Of a stretch of DNA of 64,000 nt, positions 22,369 through 32,642 are shown piece after piece; the first letter of the stretch is position 1, and every line of letters starts with the position of its first letter. The position numbers and the translations under genes were made by a program. This DNA is from Proteromonas lacertae (Eukaryota). The DNA lies in assembly GCA_002245135.1 (NCBI GenBank), contig NGBS01001205.1:1-64000 (forward strand), read 5' to 3'. The notes beneath the pieces were generated by a model. That model saw nothing but the letters and a program-made list of their open reading frames with translations, had not been told where the DNA came from and searched no databases.

Positions 22369-23579
22369 AATCACTCATTAAAGGTAACTTTACTATTATT
22401 TATTTTATAATGTTTATTATAATTACTTCAATATATAACTCAAATAATATTTTAAGTATTATATCATCTTCAAACTTTCATATTAATAATAATTATAAAA
22501 TGGATGTAATACCTATAACCAATGATATGTTTATATACTCTTCCTTTTATTATGAAATTAGTAATACTGTAGAAATATTAGGTTTTAGCAAGTATAACTC
22601 AAGTAAAAATTTAAAATGCAGAATAAATTACAATCTTGATATAAATATGATATGTAATATATCCTTTAGTATTCATGAAAAAATAAACGCTAATTTTTTA
22701 GTAATGACAATCATTTTACAATATAGAAGTGAATTCTTTAGTATTTATATCAATAATTACTTAATTAATCCTGTAATAATTAAAGATACTGTTAAAAGAT
22801 ATAAATGTACACTGTGTATTACAAAATTTATAAATTATACTGCTCATACATATTTATTAGAAGCAATTAGTTCATACTTACAAATAGGAATAGATCATGT
22901 GGTATTTTATTATTTATCTAGTTCTAAAAATGTATTAAAAATGTTAAATTATTTTCACAAAAATGGGTTAGTGGATATAATTAAATGGAATTATAAACAT
23001 GAAACTGAATTATTAAAAAACCATATATATGGACAATCATGGAAATATAATGACTGTTTTTATAGGTATAAATCTATTTCAGATTTAATATTATTTAATG
23101 ATATAGATGAAGTATTATGGAGTAATGATAATAAAACAATTCAATCAATTATTGAAGATAATAATCTTAATAATTATGATGCGATATATATATATAATAG
23201 AATTTTCAAAAAAGAGTTCTATAGTAATAATAATTACACAAATAGTAGATTTGTTCCATACGATAGATATTATCATAATATTCCAGATTTTTCGATGTTT
23301 TCATACCACAATTCATGTGTATGTAATAAAGGCTATCTTAGTAAGTATATCATTAATAATAGTTCAAAAATAAAATACATTACAATTCATGATATATTAG
23401 TATATACAGGAAAATTGAAAATCAAGTATATAGATAGTAATATTGCTTTTTTAAGACATACAAGGAGAGTACGAGAAGATTTATTACAAGATTGTAAAAA
23501 ATGGAGTAACTACTCTTCCTATAAAGAAGATTATATAAGAAATATATCAAGAAAAATGAAAAAGGTTATATACTTTTAA
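22365..23579 (+). CDS. GT92/DUF23-like glycosyltransferase
   Basis: GIDHVVFY, YGQSWKYNDCFYR, LFNDIDE, SKYII, IH, RHTR; ATG at 22365 overlaps the upstream stop. Confidence 0.85.
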   Translation: MKSLIKGNFTIIYFIMFIIITSIYNSNNILSIISSSNFHINNNYKMDVIPITNDMFIYSSFYYEISNTVEILGFSKYNSSKNLKCRINYNLDINMICNISFSIHEKINANFLVMTIILQYRSEFFSIYINNYLINPVIIKDTVKRYKCTLCITKFINYTAHTYLLEAISSYLQIGIDHVVFYYLSSSKNVLKMLNYFHKNGLVDIIKWNYKHETELLKNHIYGQSWKYNDCFYRYKSISDLILFNDIDEVLWSNDNKTIQSIIEDNNLNNYDAIYIYNRIFKKEFYSNNNYTNSRFVPYDRYYHNIPDFSMFSYHNSCVCNKGYLSKYIINNSSKIKYITIHDILVYTGKLKIKYIDSNIAFLRHTRRVREDLLQDCKKWSNYSSYKEDYIRNISRKMKKVIYF

Positions 23580-23778
23580 TAATTAAGTGTTTATATTCTC
23601 ACTAAAGTAAATCTAATACACACATATATATAGTTTTTTCTATAAATTATATTCACTAACATATCCCTAACAAAACCTACTTTATTGAAAATTATTTATT
23701 TCTATTTGAAAGTTATTATTATGAATGTTTTCTCAACAAAATTTAAAAACACTGTATTTATATATTTAATGATAACTG

Positions 23779-24813
23779 ATGATAGCACTTTGTTATTGTT
23801 TATTGATTATTGCTTCAATTTCTACTATGTTTTATTGTTTATATAACTTGCAATTTGAAAATTATAATGATTATGTATTTAAGGATGAATTAAATAAATA
23901 TATAATCGATAAGATTATATATGTAAATTTTACAAAGTGTATTAAAATAAAAGAATTAAAAATGTTAAGAGAAAAGTCTTCTTATAGAAAAATCGGCTAT
24001 GGAGGTCATCCCAGCAATTACATTTTTTCATTACCTTTGGATAAGAAAATGTTGATAACGCCATTATTTCTGCACCATTCAATAGAATTATTAGTAATTA
24101 TACATACCAGACCAGAAGAGTTTTATGAAAGATTCATTTCTAGAAAAAGCAATTACAAATCAAATATAGTTAATATAATATACATAACATCCAAAAGTAT
24201 AAAAAATGAAGTGAACAATAAAATAAGATACGAATCAAAAATATATAATGATATATTGCAATTTAATGAAATTTCTTCATATTTTAATCTTAGCATTCAG
24301 ACTGTACATATGATATTTTGGTGTAATAAGCACATAAAATTTAAATATATGCTAAAAACAGATATTGATGTTTTTATTAATATACCCCTTATATTAAGCA
24401 TGTTAAAAAAATTCATTGTTAAATATAGATACTATGCTATAGGAAAAGTATCTAAACAAACTTATATTCTTCGTAATAAAAGATATAGTCATTATATACC
24501 TAAAGATGTAATAAAGGAAAATACATTTCCACCTTACCTACAGGGAGTAGGATATATCATACCATATAACACAGTAAAATTAATAAGCAAAACATTTCAA
24601 TTTGTTAATCCAAAAATTTGGATTGAAGATGTTTTTATGGGATATTCTTTCAGACATAATAACATATCGTTAATTGATTTTTCTAAGTATATTATAAGAG
24701 AACTTCCTCACAATATAAGTAATTTAATTAAATATATTGGCAGATATATTCTTGTGCATGGATTTTATCCTATTGAAATATATATGTTAAGTAAAAACAT
24801 TCAAAAATTATAA
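23779..24813 (+). CDS. GT31 beta-1,3-glycosyltransferase-like
   Basis: SSYFNLS, LKTDIDVFINI, FPPYLQGVGY, IEDVFMG. Confidence 0.9.
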   Translation: MIALCYCLLIIASISTMFYCLYNLQFENYNDYVFKDELNKYIIDKIIYVNFTKCIKIKELKMLREKSSYRKIGYGGHPSNYIFSLPLDKKMLITPLFLHHSIELLVIIHTRPEEFYERFISRKSNYKSNIVNIIYITSKSIKNEVNNKIRYESKIYNDILQFNEISSYFNLSIQTVHMIFWCNKHIKFKYMLKTDIDVFINIPLILSMLKKFIVKYRYYAIGKVSKQTYILRNKRYSHYIPKDVIKENTFPPYLQGVGYIIPYNTVKLISKTFQFVNPKIWIEDVFMGYSFRHNNISLIDFSKYIIRELPHNISNLIKYIGRYILVHGFYPIEIYMLSKNIQKL

Positions 24814-24814
24814 T

Positions 24815-25618
24815 ATGAAAACTTTTAATATTCTTATTTTTCTTTTTCTAATCTTTTCAATTTTTCATAACTTCATTCTATTTTCATTGTACAGATCTAC
24901 AGAATCGATATGCTTGTCATTAGTAATTCCTGCTACAAATTTATCGTGGTATAAGTGTAAAAATCAAATTGAAAATATGATATGTAAATCTTATGCTGTA
25001 CCTAAAGAAGTAATAGTAGTTATATCAAGTAGTTATTGTAAAAGAGAAGTAAAGTTTTATACATATTGCAAATATATAATAAATCTGTATTATAGGAAAA
25101 ATGTGAGAAATTCAGCATCAAATAAAAATTATGGTTCAAATCATGCGAAGTGTTCATATATAAGCTACTTTGATTCTGATGATATAATGTCAAAAGATAG
25201 AATAGAAATTATTCATTACATATTCAAACATTACAGCAATTACGATATAATTTTGCATGGTTTTACAAAGAATTATACATATATGAGAGAAATTAAATAT
25301 GATAAACATAAAATTCATAACTATTTTTACTTAAATTCATCATATATAACAGATTTGTATAAGAAACATATAAAAACACATAATGTTAAATATTGGTATT
25401 GCTGTAATTTTTTAAAGCTATATGATATTAGCAACGGATGGATATCAATTAAAAGAAGTTTATTTAAATTAGAAAAATTCAACGAAGATAAATCTATTCA
25501 AAGAGCAGAAGATAGTGAATTTAATGGTAGAGTAATATCTAAAGGATATAAAGCTCTAATACTTGCAATGGTATTAGGTTTTTATTCAAAACGGGATGAA
25601 TGTAATTATATTCAATAA
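24815..25618 (+). CDS. GT2-like glycosyltransferase
   Basis: LSLVIP, SASNKNYG, ISYFDSDD, AEDSEF. Confidence 0.82.
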   Translation: MKTFNILIFLFLIFSIFHNFILFSLYRSTESICLSLVIPATNLSWYKCKNQIENMICKSYAVPKEVIVVISSSYCKREVKFYTYCKYIINLYYRKNVRNSASNKNYGSNHAKCSYISYFDSDDIMSKDRIEIIHYIFKHYSNYDIILHGFTKNYTYMREIKYDKHKIHNYFYLNSSYITDLYKKHIKTHNVKYWYCCNFLKLYDISNGWISIKRSLFKLEKFNEDKSIQRAEDSEFNGRVISKGYKALILAMVLGFYSKRDECNYIQ

Positions 25619-25619
25619 T

Positions 25620-26474
25620 TTAAATCCCATGAACACAAATATCATTTACTTTATTTTTAATTGTTAGATCTTTTTGTTTTCTGTGATAATATTTTGCTAA
25701 ATTTTGAAAACTAATGTTCAATTTTTTATATATAACAGCCAAGTGCATATCTTCTCTATAAATTATTCTTCTTTTCTTTTTTAATTCTAAATAAATTGAA
25801 GAAATAAGATTTGTATGAGTTATAACGAATCCTCCTGCAACAAATGCAGGAAATGTTTTATAAGGATAAACATCATGAGGAAGATAAATTGATGAATTTA
25901 TATCTCTTTTTGTTTTCATTTTAGGATAATAATATCCTGAAATTTTATTATTATTAATATATATATTGATATATATATATATAAGAGGAATGTTTGGATA
26001 TATATCATCATCATTTTTTATTATAAAATCTGATAATAGATTATATAAAATGCAGTACTTATATATATTAGCTGTAAGTATAGTTAAATTATAATAACTA
26101 TCAACTATGTCTATGCCAAGTATATTTTTACTGTATTCACTCTTTATATTATGAAGATTATATTTTGTTGCAATTACAAAATAATAATTGCATGACAATT
26201 TTAAACATAGTTTAATCCATGTATTCTTTACGCTATATCTTTTAACAGAATGAGAAGCTGATGATAAAATAAAAAATACAATTCTGTAAAATCTATTTAC
26301 ATTAGATATTAATGTAAAATTATATAAATAAACTTCTTCCGCATAGTTAAATTTTCTATTATGAAAATCACTACTATGGATATTAATGATTATATCATTG
26401 ATATAGATAAATATTAAAAGAAATAATATAAGAATTAAAAGAAATAAAATAAGAATTAAAAGAAATATTCTATT
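25620..26474 (-). CDS. GT31 glycosyltransferase; frame open to 26474 including the TM anchor, no ATG
   Basis: DSYYNLT, IKNDDD, FPAFVAGG, REDMHL. Manual translation upstream of 26198 gives NRIFLLILILFLLILILFLLIF...FFILSSASHSVKR. Confidence 0.82.
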   Translation of the reverse strand, partial: NRIFLLILILFLLILILFLLIFIYINDIIINIHSSDFHNRKFNYAEEVYLYNFTLISNVNRFYRIVFFILSSASHSVKRYSVKNTWIKLCLKLSCNYYFVIATKYNLHNIKSEYSKNILGIDIVDSYYNLTILTANIYKYCILYNLLSDFIIKNDDDIYPNIPLIYIYINIYINNNKISGYYYPKMKTKRDINSSIYLPHDVYPYKTFPAFVAGGFVITHTNLISSIYLELKKKRRIIYREDMHLAVIYKKLNISFQNLAKYYHRKQKDLTIKNKVNDICVHGI

Positions 26475-26483
26475 TCAAATTTT

Positions 26484-27500
26484 ATGATTTTCAATATGTT
26501 TTTATCAGTATCTAATGTTTATTTTATCATAGACATTATTCTATTATATTATATGTATTTTTATTATTTATTCTCATATAACATATATCAATCTGTAAAT
26601 AAAAAACTATATTTTAGGTTTAAGATGATTCAACAAAATAAATTGAAAAATAGGATAATATATCTAATAAATCCTACAGCTGGATTAGCTAATACTTTAA
26701 GGGGAATATCAAGCACTCTACTTTTAGCCTATTTCTGTAAATGTAGTTTCTGCCTTAAAAAATGGAATTCTATATTATATTATTTTAACTTTCCTAAACA
26801 ATTATTATGCAATTTAAAAAACACTTCATTTTCTCTTTATTTTCATTTTTTTAATAAACAAATAATAAACGAATTAAATGCATATAATAATTCAGTCACA
26901 ATCACAATTACAGATATTCATGGATATACACATTATTTATTACAAATATTCAAACATTCTAAACAATTAATGATAATAAAAGAGTTATATTCGATAAATA
27001 ATATTGGCTTAGCTAAGTTAAATAGTATTATATATAAAGAAATATTCATTCCTTCAAAACATGTCATTAACTATATTAATCTATTCATTAATAAAAGAGC
27101 AAAAAGTAAGGTACTAGGTATTCACATAAGATCAGGTTTATTTTCTAATAATTTCTCTGAAAATTATTTCAAAAAAATAAATATATCTAAATATCTCCAT
27201 AAATCCAAACAAATAATCTTTAAGTACAATTTATCTCAAATATATATAACATCTGATAATATTTTTTATGTAAACCAATTGAAGAAGCATTTTATAAAAG
27301 AACTATTAACAATTTCATTTAATGGAAATATAGTTCATTCTAAATATTCATTATATACTAATAGAATAAATAATGATTCAATCCGAATTATATCAGAGTT
27401 TGTATTATTATCCTATTGTGATGTTATACTTGGAACATCTAAGAGTTCTTATTCTGCTGAAGCATGTTATAGATTCTTAACACCTTGTTTCTTAGTTTGA
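26484..27500 (+). CDS. GT-B fucosyltransferase-like (GT23/NodZ/O-FucT superfamily)
   Basis: AGLANTLRG, LGIHIRSG, IYITSD, LLSYCDVILGTSKSSYS. Confidence 0.8.
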   Translation: MIFNMFLSVSNVYFIIDIILLYYMYFYYLFSYNIYQSVNKKLYFRFKMIQQNKLKNRIIYLINPTAGLANTLRGISSTLLLAYFCKCSFCLKKWNSILYYFNFPKQLLCNLKNTSFSLYFHFFNKQIINELNAYNNSVTITITDIHGYTHYLLQIFKHSKQLMIIKELYSINNIGLAKLNSIIYKEIFIPSKHVINYINLFINKRAKSKVLGIHIRSGLFSNNFSENYFKKINISKYLHKSKQIIFKYNLSQIYITSDNIFYVNQLKKHFIKELLTISFNGNIVHSKYSLYTNRINNDSIRIISEFVLLSYCDVILGTSKSSYSAEACYRFLTPCFLV

Positions 27501-27600
27501 TATATTTTTATAAATTCTGTAAAATATTTATTGAGTATAGCATTAATCATAGCATTTTCCATACTTGAAATTTATTTAATTTATGTATTTTTAACAGAGA

Positions 27601-28419
27601 ATGAGATTGTTGTTATTTGTTATTTTAATTTCTATAATAATGACATTAGTTAATTATACTATAAATTATAATGTTTATTCACAACCAATAGACAGTGTAG
27701 ATAATTTAATTATAGGCTTAAAAAGAAACTTCAAAAAAATGATTAGTGATAAAAGAATATCCATAGATATGTGTGATAGAAGTAGTATGTTAGGTAATTA
27801 CAGAAAAAATGTTTACTCTTCAGGTAATAACTGTGAACCATGGATATCTAGAGAATGTATTTATATCTTAAATCATATACTTTCACCTCAATCAATAGGT
27901 TTAGAGTGGAGCTCAGGTTCAAGTACAATATGGTTAGGTTATAGAATAAAACATTTAATATCTATAGAAAATTCTTTGGAGTGGTCTAATACAGTTAAAA
28001 ACCTCATTAGTAAACTTTTGTTAAATGATAAAATAGAATTGTATTATATTGGAGAAGACAAAATAGAGATATGCAAAAATGATAGTATTTATATAAGCTC
28101 AAATCATTTGTGCTACTATTCATATGTAACAAGCAACAATATAGATAATATGTTATATGATTATATTAGTATTGACGGTAGAGCAAGAAGTGGATGTATT
28201 AGAAGAGCAATGAAATTAATAAAGCCTAGAAATGGAATATTACTTTTAGATAATTCTGAAAGAAGTTATTATCAAAATGCTATTAATCTAATACCTAAAC
28301 ATTGGAGTAGATATGATTTTATATATAATTATGGTCAAGTTAGTATGTGGATTACAAAAATAATGAAAAAAAGTATGAAATGTATTTCTTTTTCTATCTT
28401 TTACTATTATATATATTAA
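27601..28419 (+). CDS. Class I SAM-dependent methyltransferase, membrane anchored (probably glycan O-methylation)
   Basis: LEWSSGSSTIWL, ISIEN, YDYISIDGRAR, LLLDNSER. Confidence 0.82.
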   Translation: MRLLLFVILISIIMTLVNYTINYNVYSQPIDSVDNLIIGLKRNFKKMISDKRISIDMCDRSSMLGNYRKNVYSSGNNCEPWISRECIYILNHILSPQSIGLEWSSGSSTIWLGYRIKHLISIENSLEWSNTVKNLISKLLLNDKIELYYIGEDKIEICKNDSIYISSNHLCYYSYVTSNNIDNMLYDYISIDGRARSGCIRRAMKLIKPRNGILLLDNSERSYYQNAINLIPKHWSRYDFIYNYGQVSMWITKIMKKSMKCISFSIFYYYIY

Positions 28420-29192
28420 TGTGTATTATAACTATTGATATTAGTATAAAGAGCTGCATATCATTAATAATACCATCAACAAATGAAACATATAACAAAT
28501 GCAACAAACAAATAGAAAAAATGATTTGTAGGAGTAAGCCATACCCAACAGAAGCACTTATAATTATATCTGAAGCTACATTTGATAAGAAGTCAGTTAT
28601 TACTTTATACTGTAAATATAAAATAGTAATTTATTATAGAAAGGGGAAAAAATATTCAGCTTCAAACAAAAATTATGGTCTAAAATTTAGTAGATGTAAT
28701 TATGTTAGTTTTTTTGATTCTGATGATGTAATGTTTAGTTATAGATTTTCAATTCTATATTACATTATTGAACACTATCCAGAATATGATATAATAATGC
28801 ACAAATACACTCGAATAATTCGAAATAATACTAAAGAGATTTTTTCATACTCTAAAATGAATCAATTATTCTATTTGAATTCATCATACATAACATATTT
28901 ATATAGAAAACATGCCACATTGAGAAATATACACCAATGGGGATGTTGTAGTTTCTTACCATATAAGTTGCCAATTGCTAATGGTTGGATAACTGCAAAA
29001 AGAAGCCTTTTAAATAAGGAAAAGTTCAATGAATGCTATGTTAGAAGTAAATCAGAAGATAGCGAGTTAAATGGAAGAATAATATTAAAAGGGTATAAGG
29101 TACTAATTTTAAAATTAACATTAGGATACTATTCTATTAACAAAGCTTGTAAGAATTATATAATGTACGATTCACTATTTAGTAATTATTAA
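28380..29192 (+). CDS. GT2-like glycosyltransferase (paralog of 24815-25618)
   Basis: ISLIIP, SASNKNYG, FFDSDD, ANGWI, SEDSELNGR; first ATG at 28380. Confidence 0.82.
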   Translation: MYFFFYLLLLYILMCIITIDISIKSCISLIIPSTNETYNKCNKQIEKMICRSKPYPTEALIIISEATFDKKSVITLYCKYKIVIYYRKGKKYSASNKNYGLKFSRCNYVSFFDSDDVMFSYRFSILYYIIEHYPEYDIIMHKYTRIIRNNTKEIFSYSKMNQLFYLNSSYITYLYRKHATLRNIHQWGCCSFLPYKLPIANGWITAKRSLLNKEKFNECYVRSKSEDSELNGRIILKGYKVLILKLTLGYYSINKACKNYIMYDSLFSNY

Positions 29193-30216
29193 TTCCATAC
29201 CTTATTACATAATCACATATATTACAGTAATTAAATACTATCTTAAATCTGTTAAACCAATCTTTGGAATAATTATTATGCCAATTGATATGATTAATCA
29301 TTAAAGTCATGTTATTATTAATATACATAAGATATTTTGTTAATTTACTTATTGATGTAAATTTACTCATATTAATTATTGTATCAGGATTAGGTAAAAA
29401 ATCATTGATATTTTTAGGACCGAAATACACAGGTATACATCCAGCAATTAAACAATCAATTAGCTTTTCAGTTAAATAATCATTGTCTATTAAATCTGCC
29501 TCAAACTTATTTCCTATTTTCCATTTTACAACAGAATTCTCAATTGCCAAACAGAATTTATATTGTTTCATTAATTCTATTTTATTATATTTTGATATAT
29601 TTTGCGGCCAATTTCTATTGTTTAAATCTTTTCCATATGAATCTACATTATAGTATTTCATAATTTCTTTAACCAAATATTTTCTATTTTTGTAATGTGA
29701 ACTTTGAATATAAGCAATATTATTCTTTCTTCTCATAAACCTTTTTATATTTACAAAATGCCTTTTGGATATATTTAAAAACTTACCTATATTAGAAATT
29801 CTAGGTACAGACAAATGCCATTTATTATTAAAGAATCTATAATCAACAGCTAAATGATAATGTTTATTCTTTCCTTCTGCTATATCCTTCATAAACATAA
29901 CTTGACTTAATTTTTCAGTTGTAATAATAATATTGTATTTTTGTTTTGGTATTTTAGGAAATTTCCTATTTCCATTATATATTGATGCTTGATAAAATAT
30001 TCCTGTTTTATTTGAAAACTGGCATTTATAAGATATTTTGTTAAATTTACAAAGAAATGGTTTATTTGGTAAATTATAATAGTGAGTAAAGGAATTACCA
30101 ATATATATATAAATATTATATCTCTCATTACAAATTAATCTATACACATTTAATAACATAAAGAATATACAAAATAACACAAAGCCGTTTAAATTAATCA
30201 TTACAAAATAACACAA
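29179..30216 (-). CDS. GT10 alpha-1,3/4-fucosyltransferase
   Basis: VDSYG, YKFCLAIEN, DYLTEKL, GCIPVYFG. Confidence 0.92.
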   Translation of the reverse strand: MCYFVMINLNGFVLFCIFFMLLNVYRLICNERYNIYIYIGNSFTHYYNLPNKPFLCKFNKISYKCQFSNKTGIFYQASIYNGNRKFPKIPKQKYNIIITTEKLSQVMFMKDIAEGKNKHYHLAVDYRFFNNKWHLSVPRISNIGKFLNISKRHFVNIKRFMRRKNNIAYIQSSHYKNRKYLVKEIMKYYNVDSYGKDLNNRNWPQNISKYNKIELMKQYKFCLAIENSVVKWKIGNKFEADLIDNDYLTEKLIDCLIAGCIPVYFGPKNINDFLPNPDTIINMSKFTSISKLTKYLMYINNNMTLMINHINWHNNYSKDWFNRFKIVFNYCNICDYVIRYGINNY

Positions 30217-30295
30217 AGATGTTTGATTTGTCTATTATTAATAGTAAAATGATTGTGAGTGTGAATATAAAACATTGTTTGGTTACAGTTTATAT

Positions 30296-30659
30296 TAAAC
30301 ATCAATAGCAATAGTAGAAAACGAAATTAAGGTTTTTAAATTAGTAGAATATAATAACTTTCACATCTTATTCATCTCAGCTGATGTATTTTTGTCTGTA
30401 GTAACAATTGAAACAAAAAAATAAATATTGAATGAAGTAAAATGCGTTTCATATATACAAGGCGGAAGCTTTAAAAAAAACGCATATGTAGCTTATATTT
30501 GTATATAACTCACTACCAAACCCTCTACTGTCGAATTAATTTTTAATAAAACCCTTTTGTCTCCCAACGTCGTAAAACAGTACTTATAGAATATACATTT
30601 AGTTTGTTTTAAAAGTGTCTGGTAGACAAACGGCCAACTATGACAAATAGCACACAATA
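30296..30659. mobile_element. Adjacent solo arms of families C (to 30579) and B (30588-30659)
   Basis: 30505-30579 is the reverse complement of the family C end at 10926; AAAGTGTCTGGTAGACAAACGGCCAACTATGACAAA is the family B end. Confidence 0.8.
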
Positions 30660-30687
30660 ACATAGACTAATTAAGTAATATCATGAC

Positions 30688-32112
30688 ATGTCTATCATAT
30701 ACAAAATGTTAATATTAATATTTTTAGTTATTATTTTGATGGTGACTGAAATTGTTGGAAGGAAATTTAAATGTGATAATATATATCAATCATGTAGTAA
30801 TTTATTATTAAAGAAAGCAGCTTATGATAATATTGTTGTACTATCTGTAGTGTCAAAGAAATATATACTTCAAATAGAAAACTATTGGATATCATCTGCA
30901 AAACCCACAAATTTTACAAATATAATTTTTATTGCTAGCGATTATCCTACATATTATTTTTGTAAGTCATTAACAGAATATGTGTTAATGGGAAAAGTAC
31001 AAATAAATCAAACTGATGAAATTGTCTTTTTAAATAGAGATTTTGTTAGAATTACTTTATCTAGATTAGAAATAATATATAGAGTATTATCGTATGGATT
31101 ATCAATTTTAGTAAATGATATTGATATCTATTTGTTTAGAAATCCTTTACCATATATAACAAAATACAGAGCTGATATTATTGCATCTGTTGATGTACCT
31201 TCAAAAATTAACGTAGGATTCTAGTATATTTCAATATTTCTATTTGAGGAGATAGTTTAATTCGAAGCAATATTAAAACAAAGAAATTTTATTATCACTT
31301 AATTAATAATTCAATAGTAAAAAAAGGAATTAAATTATTTGAACAAGATTATATACAACATGAATTGAAGTTATTCATAAATATGATTATAATAAAGGAA
31401 TTACCTCTCAATCTATTTTCTTCAGGTTGTGAATATTTTTTAAGACAATTTCATCAATTTTATGATGAATCAGAAAGTATATTGTTATTAAATATAATCA
31501 TAGAAAAATGTATGCTAGTATTATTACACTTCAATTGTATAACTACTTCTTTTAGAGGTAAAATATATAAACAAAAAGAATTATTAATGTTTAATGTAGA
31601 TGAAAACAATTACTATACTTCAACAAATAATATTTATCTACAAATATATTATAATAATACACAATCTGATATTCTATATGATAAAAAAATAGTAGAATTA
31701 GGCTTTCATATTGCTTTTAAAACAAACAGAAAATTTATACTTCCAAAGTTTAATTGTAGAAACTCATATCGTTTAAAGAAATACAAAAATAATAATTGTT
31801 CATTTGATGAATTATTTGATATTAACTCATTAGATAAATATCTTAAATATTATTACAGAGAAAATGTATAGACACTTTTATATATTATAGCAATTTTTGT
31901 ATCACAGATTAGTTCCTAATGAGATTAAACAATCAGTAAAGATAATTAATTTTGAATATGAAAACATTTCAAAAAATGTAATTAAAAGAATGCACAATAT
32001 AAATTATAAATCAATTAAGGTTATAAATCTAAAATTAGGAATTATTAATGATGATTATAGAGAAGAAAATATACTCATTAAAAATGGTATAAAGATAAGA
32101 AATAGAATATAG
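30688..32112 (+). CDS. GT77-like nucleotide-diphospho-sugar transferase, with about 3 short introns
   Basis: LSYGLSILVNDIDIYLFRNP, INVGF, EQD, LP...FSSG, LLHFN, RKFILPKFNC; GT-AG introns near 31225, 31480 and 31866. Confidence 0.8.
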
Positions 32113-32642
32113 TTTTATTTACTTTGTATATTAATTATTGTTATATTTAGTCATTATTATATGGTGTATGAATTATATATAACTTTCATAATAGTTATTA
32201 TTTTTAGATTATTTGTGAAAAATACAAATAATATTAATATTTACTATTGCATTTATATGATTAAAATTTATTTTGAAAAAGCATGCTTGAATGAAGCTTG
32301 AATAGATGTTTTATTTTTTCAAATATGTGTGATTTAATTGCTTAAACTAATGTTTTTTAAGCTCAACGGCGCAGTAATGAAATTTGCGCGGTAAAGGAAG
32401 TAATAAGTTTCCATTGAAGTGAAATTGTTAATACATATTAAGAAGGCCGAGTGAAAATAAATATAACATTATTTTGTCTAATAAATTACATATGCTGAAA
32501 TAATCATCAAGTTTTCGATATGATTTATATCATCTTTTATTAATCTTTGTAATTATTTTTTAATTAAATCGCTAGAATATGTTAACATATATGTCTTATT
32601 AACATATTGATGTATATATAGCACCCTTTAAAAAAATATTAA

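Noticed and set aside
12566..30216. Bacterial contaminant, integron or giant-virus insertion
   Set aside because: The proteins have Golgi-type anchors, include eukaryote-typical GT31/GT92 and lie on mixed strands. No attC-like repeats or viral core genes are seen, and the same repeats are interleaved with intron-bearing genes. A viral history is not fully excluded.
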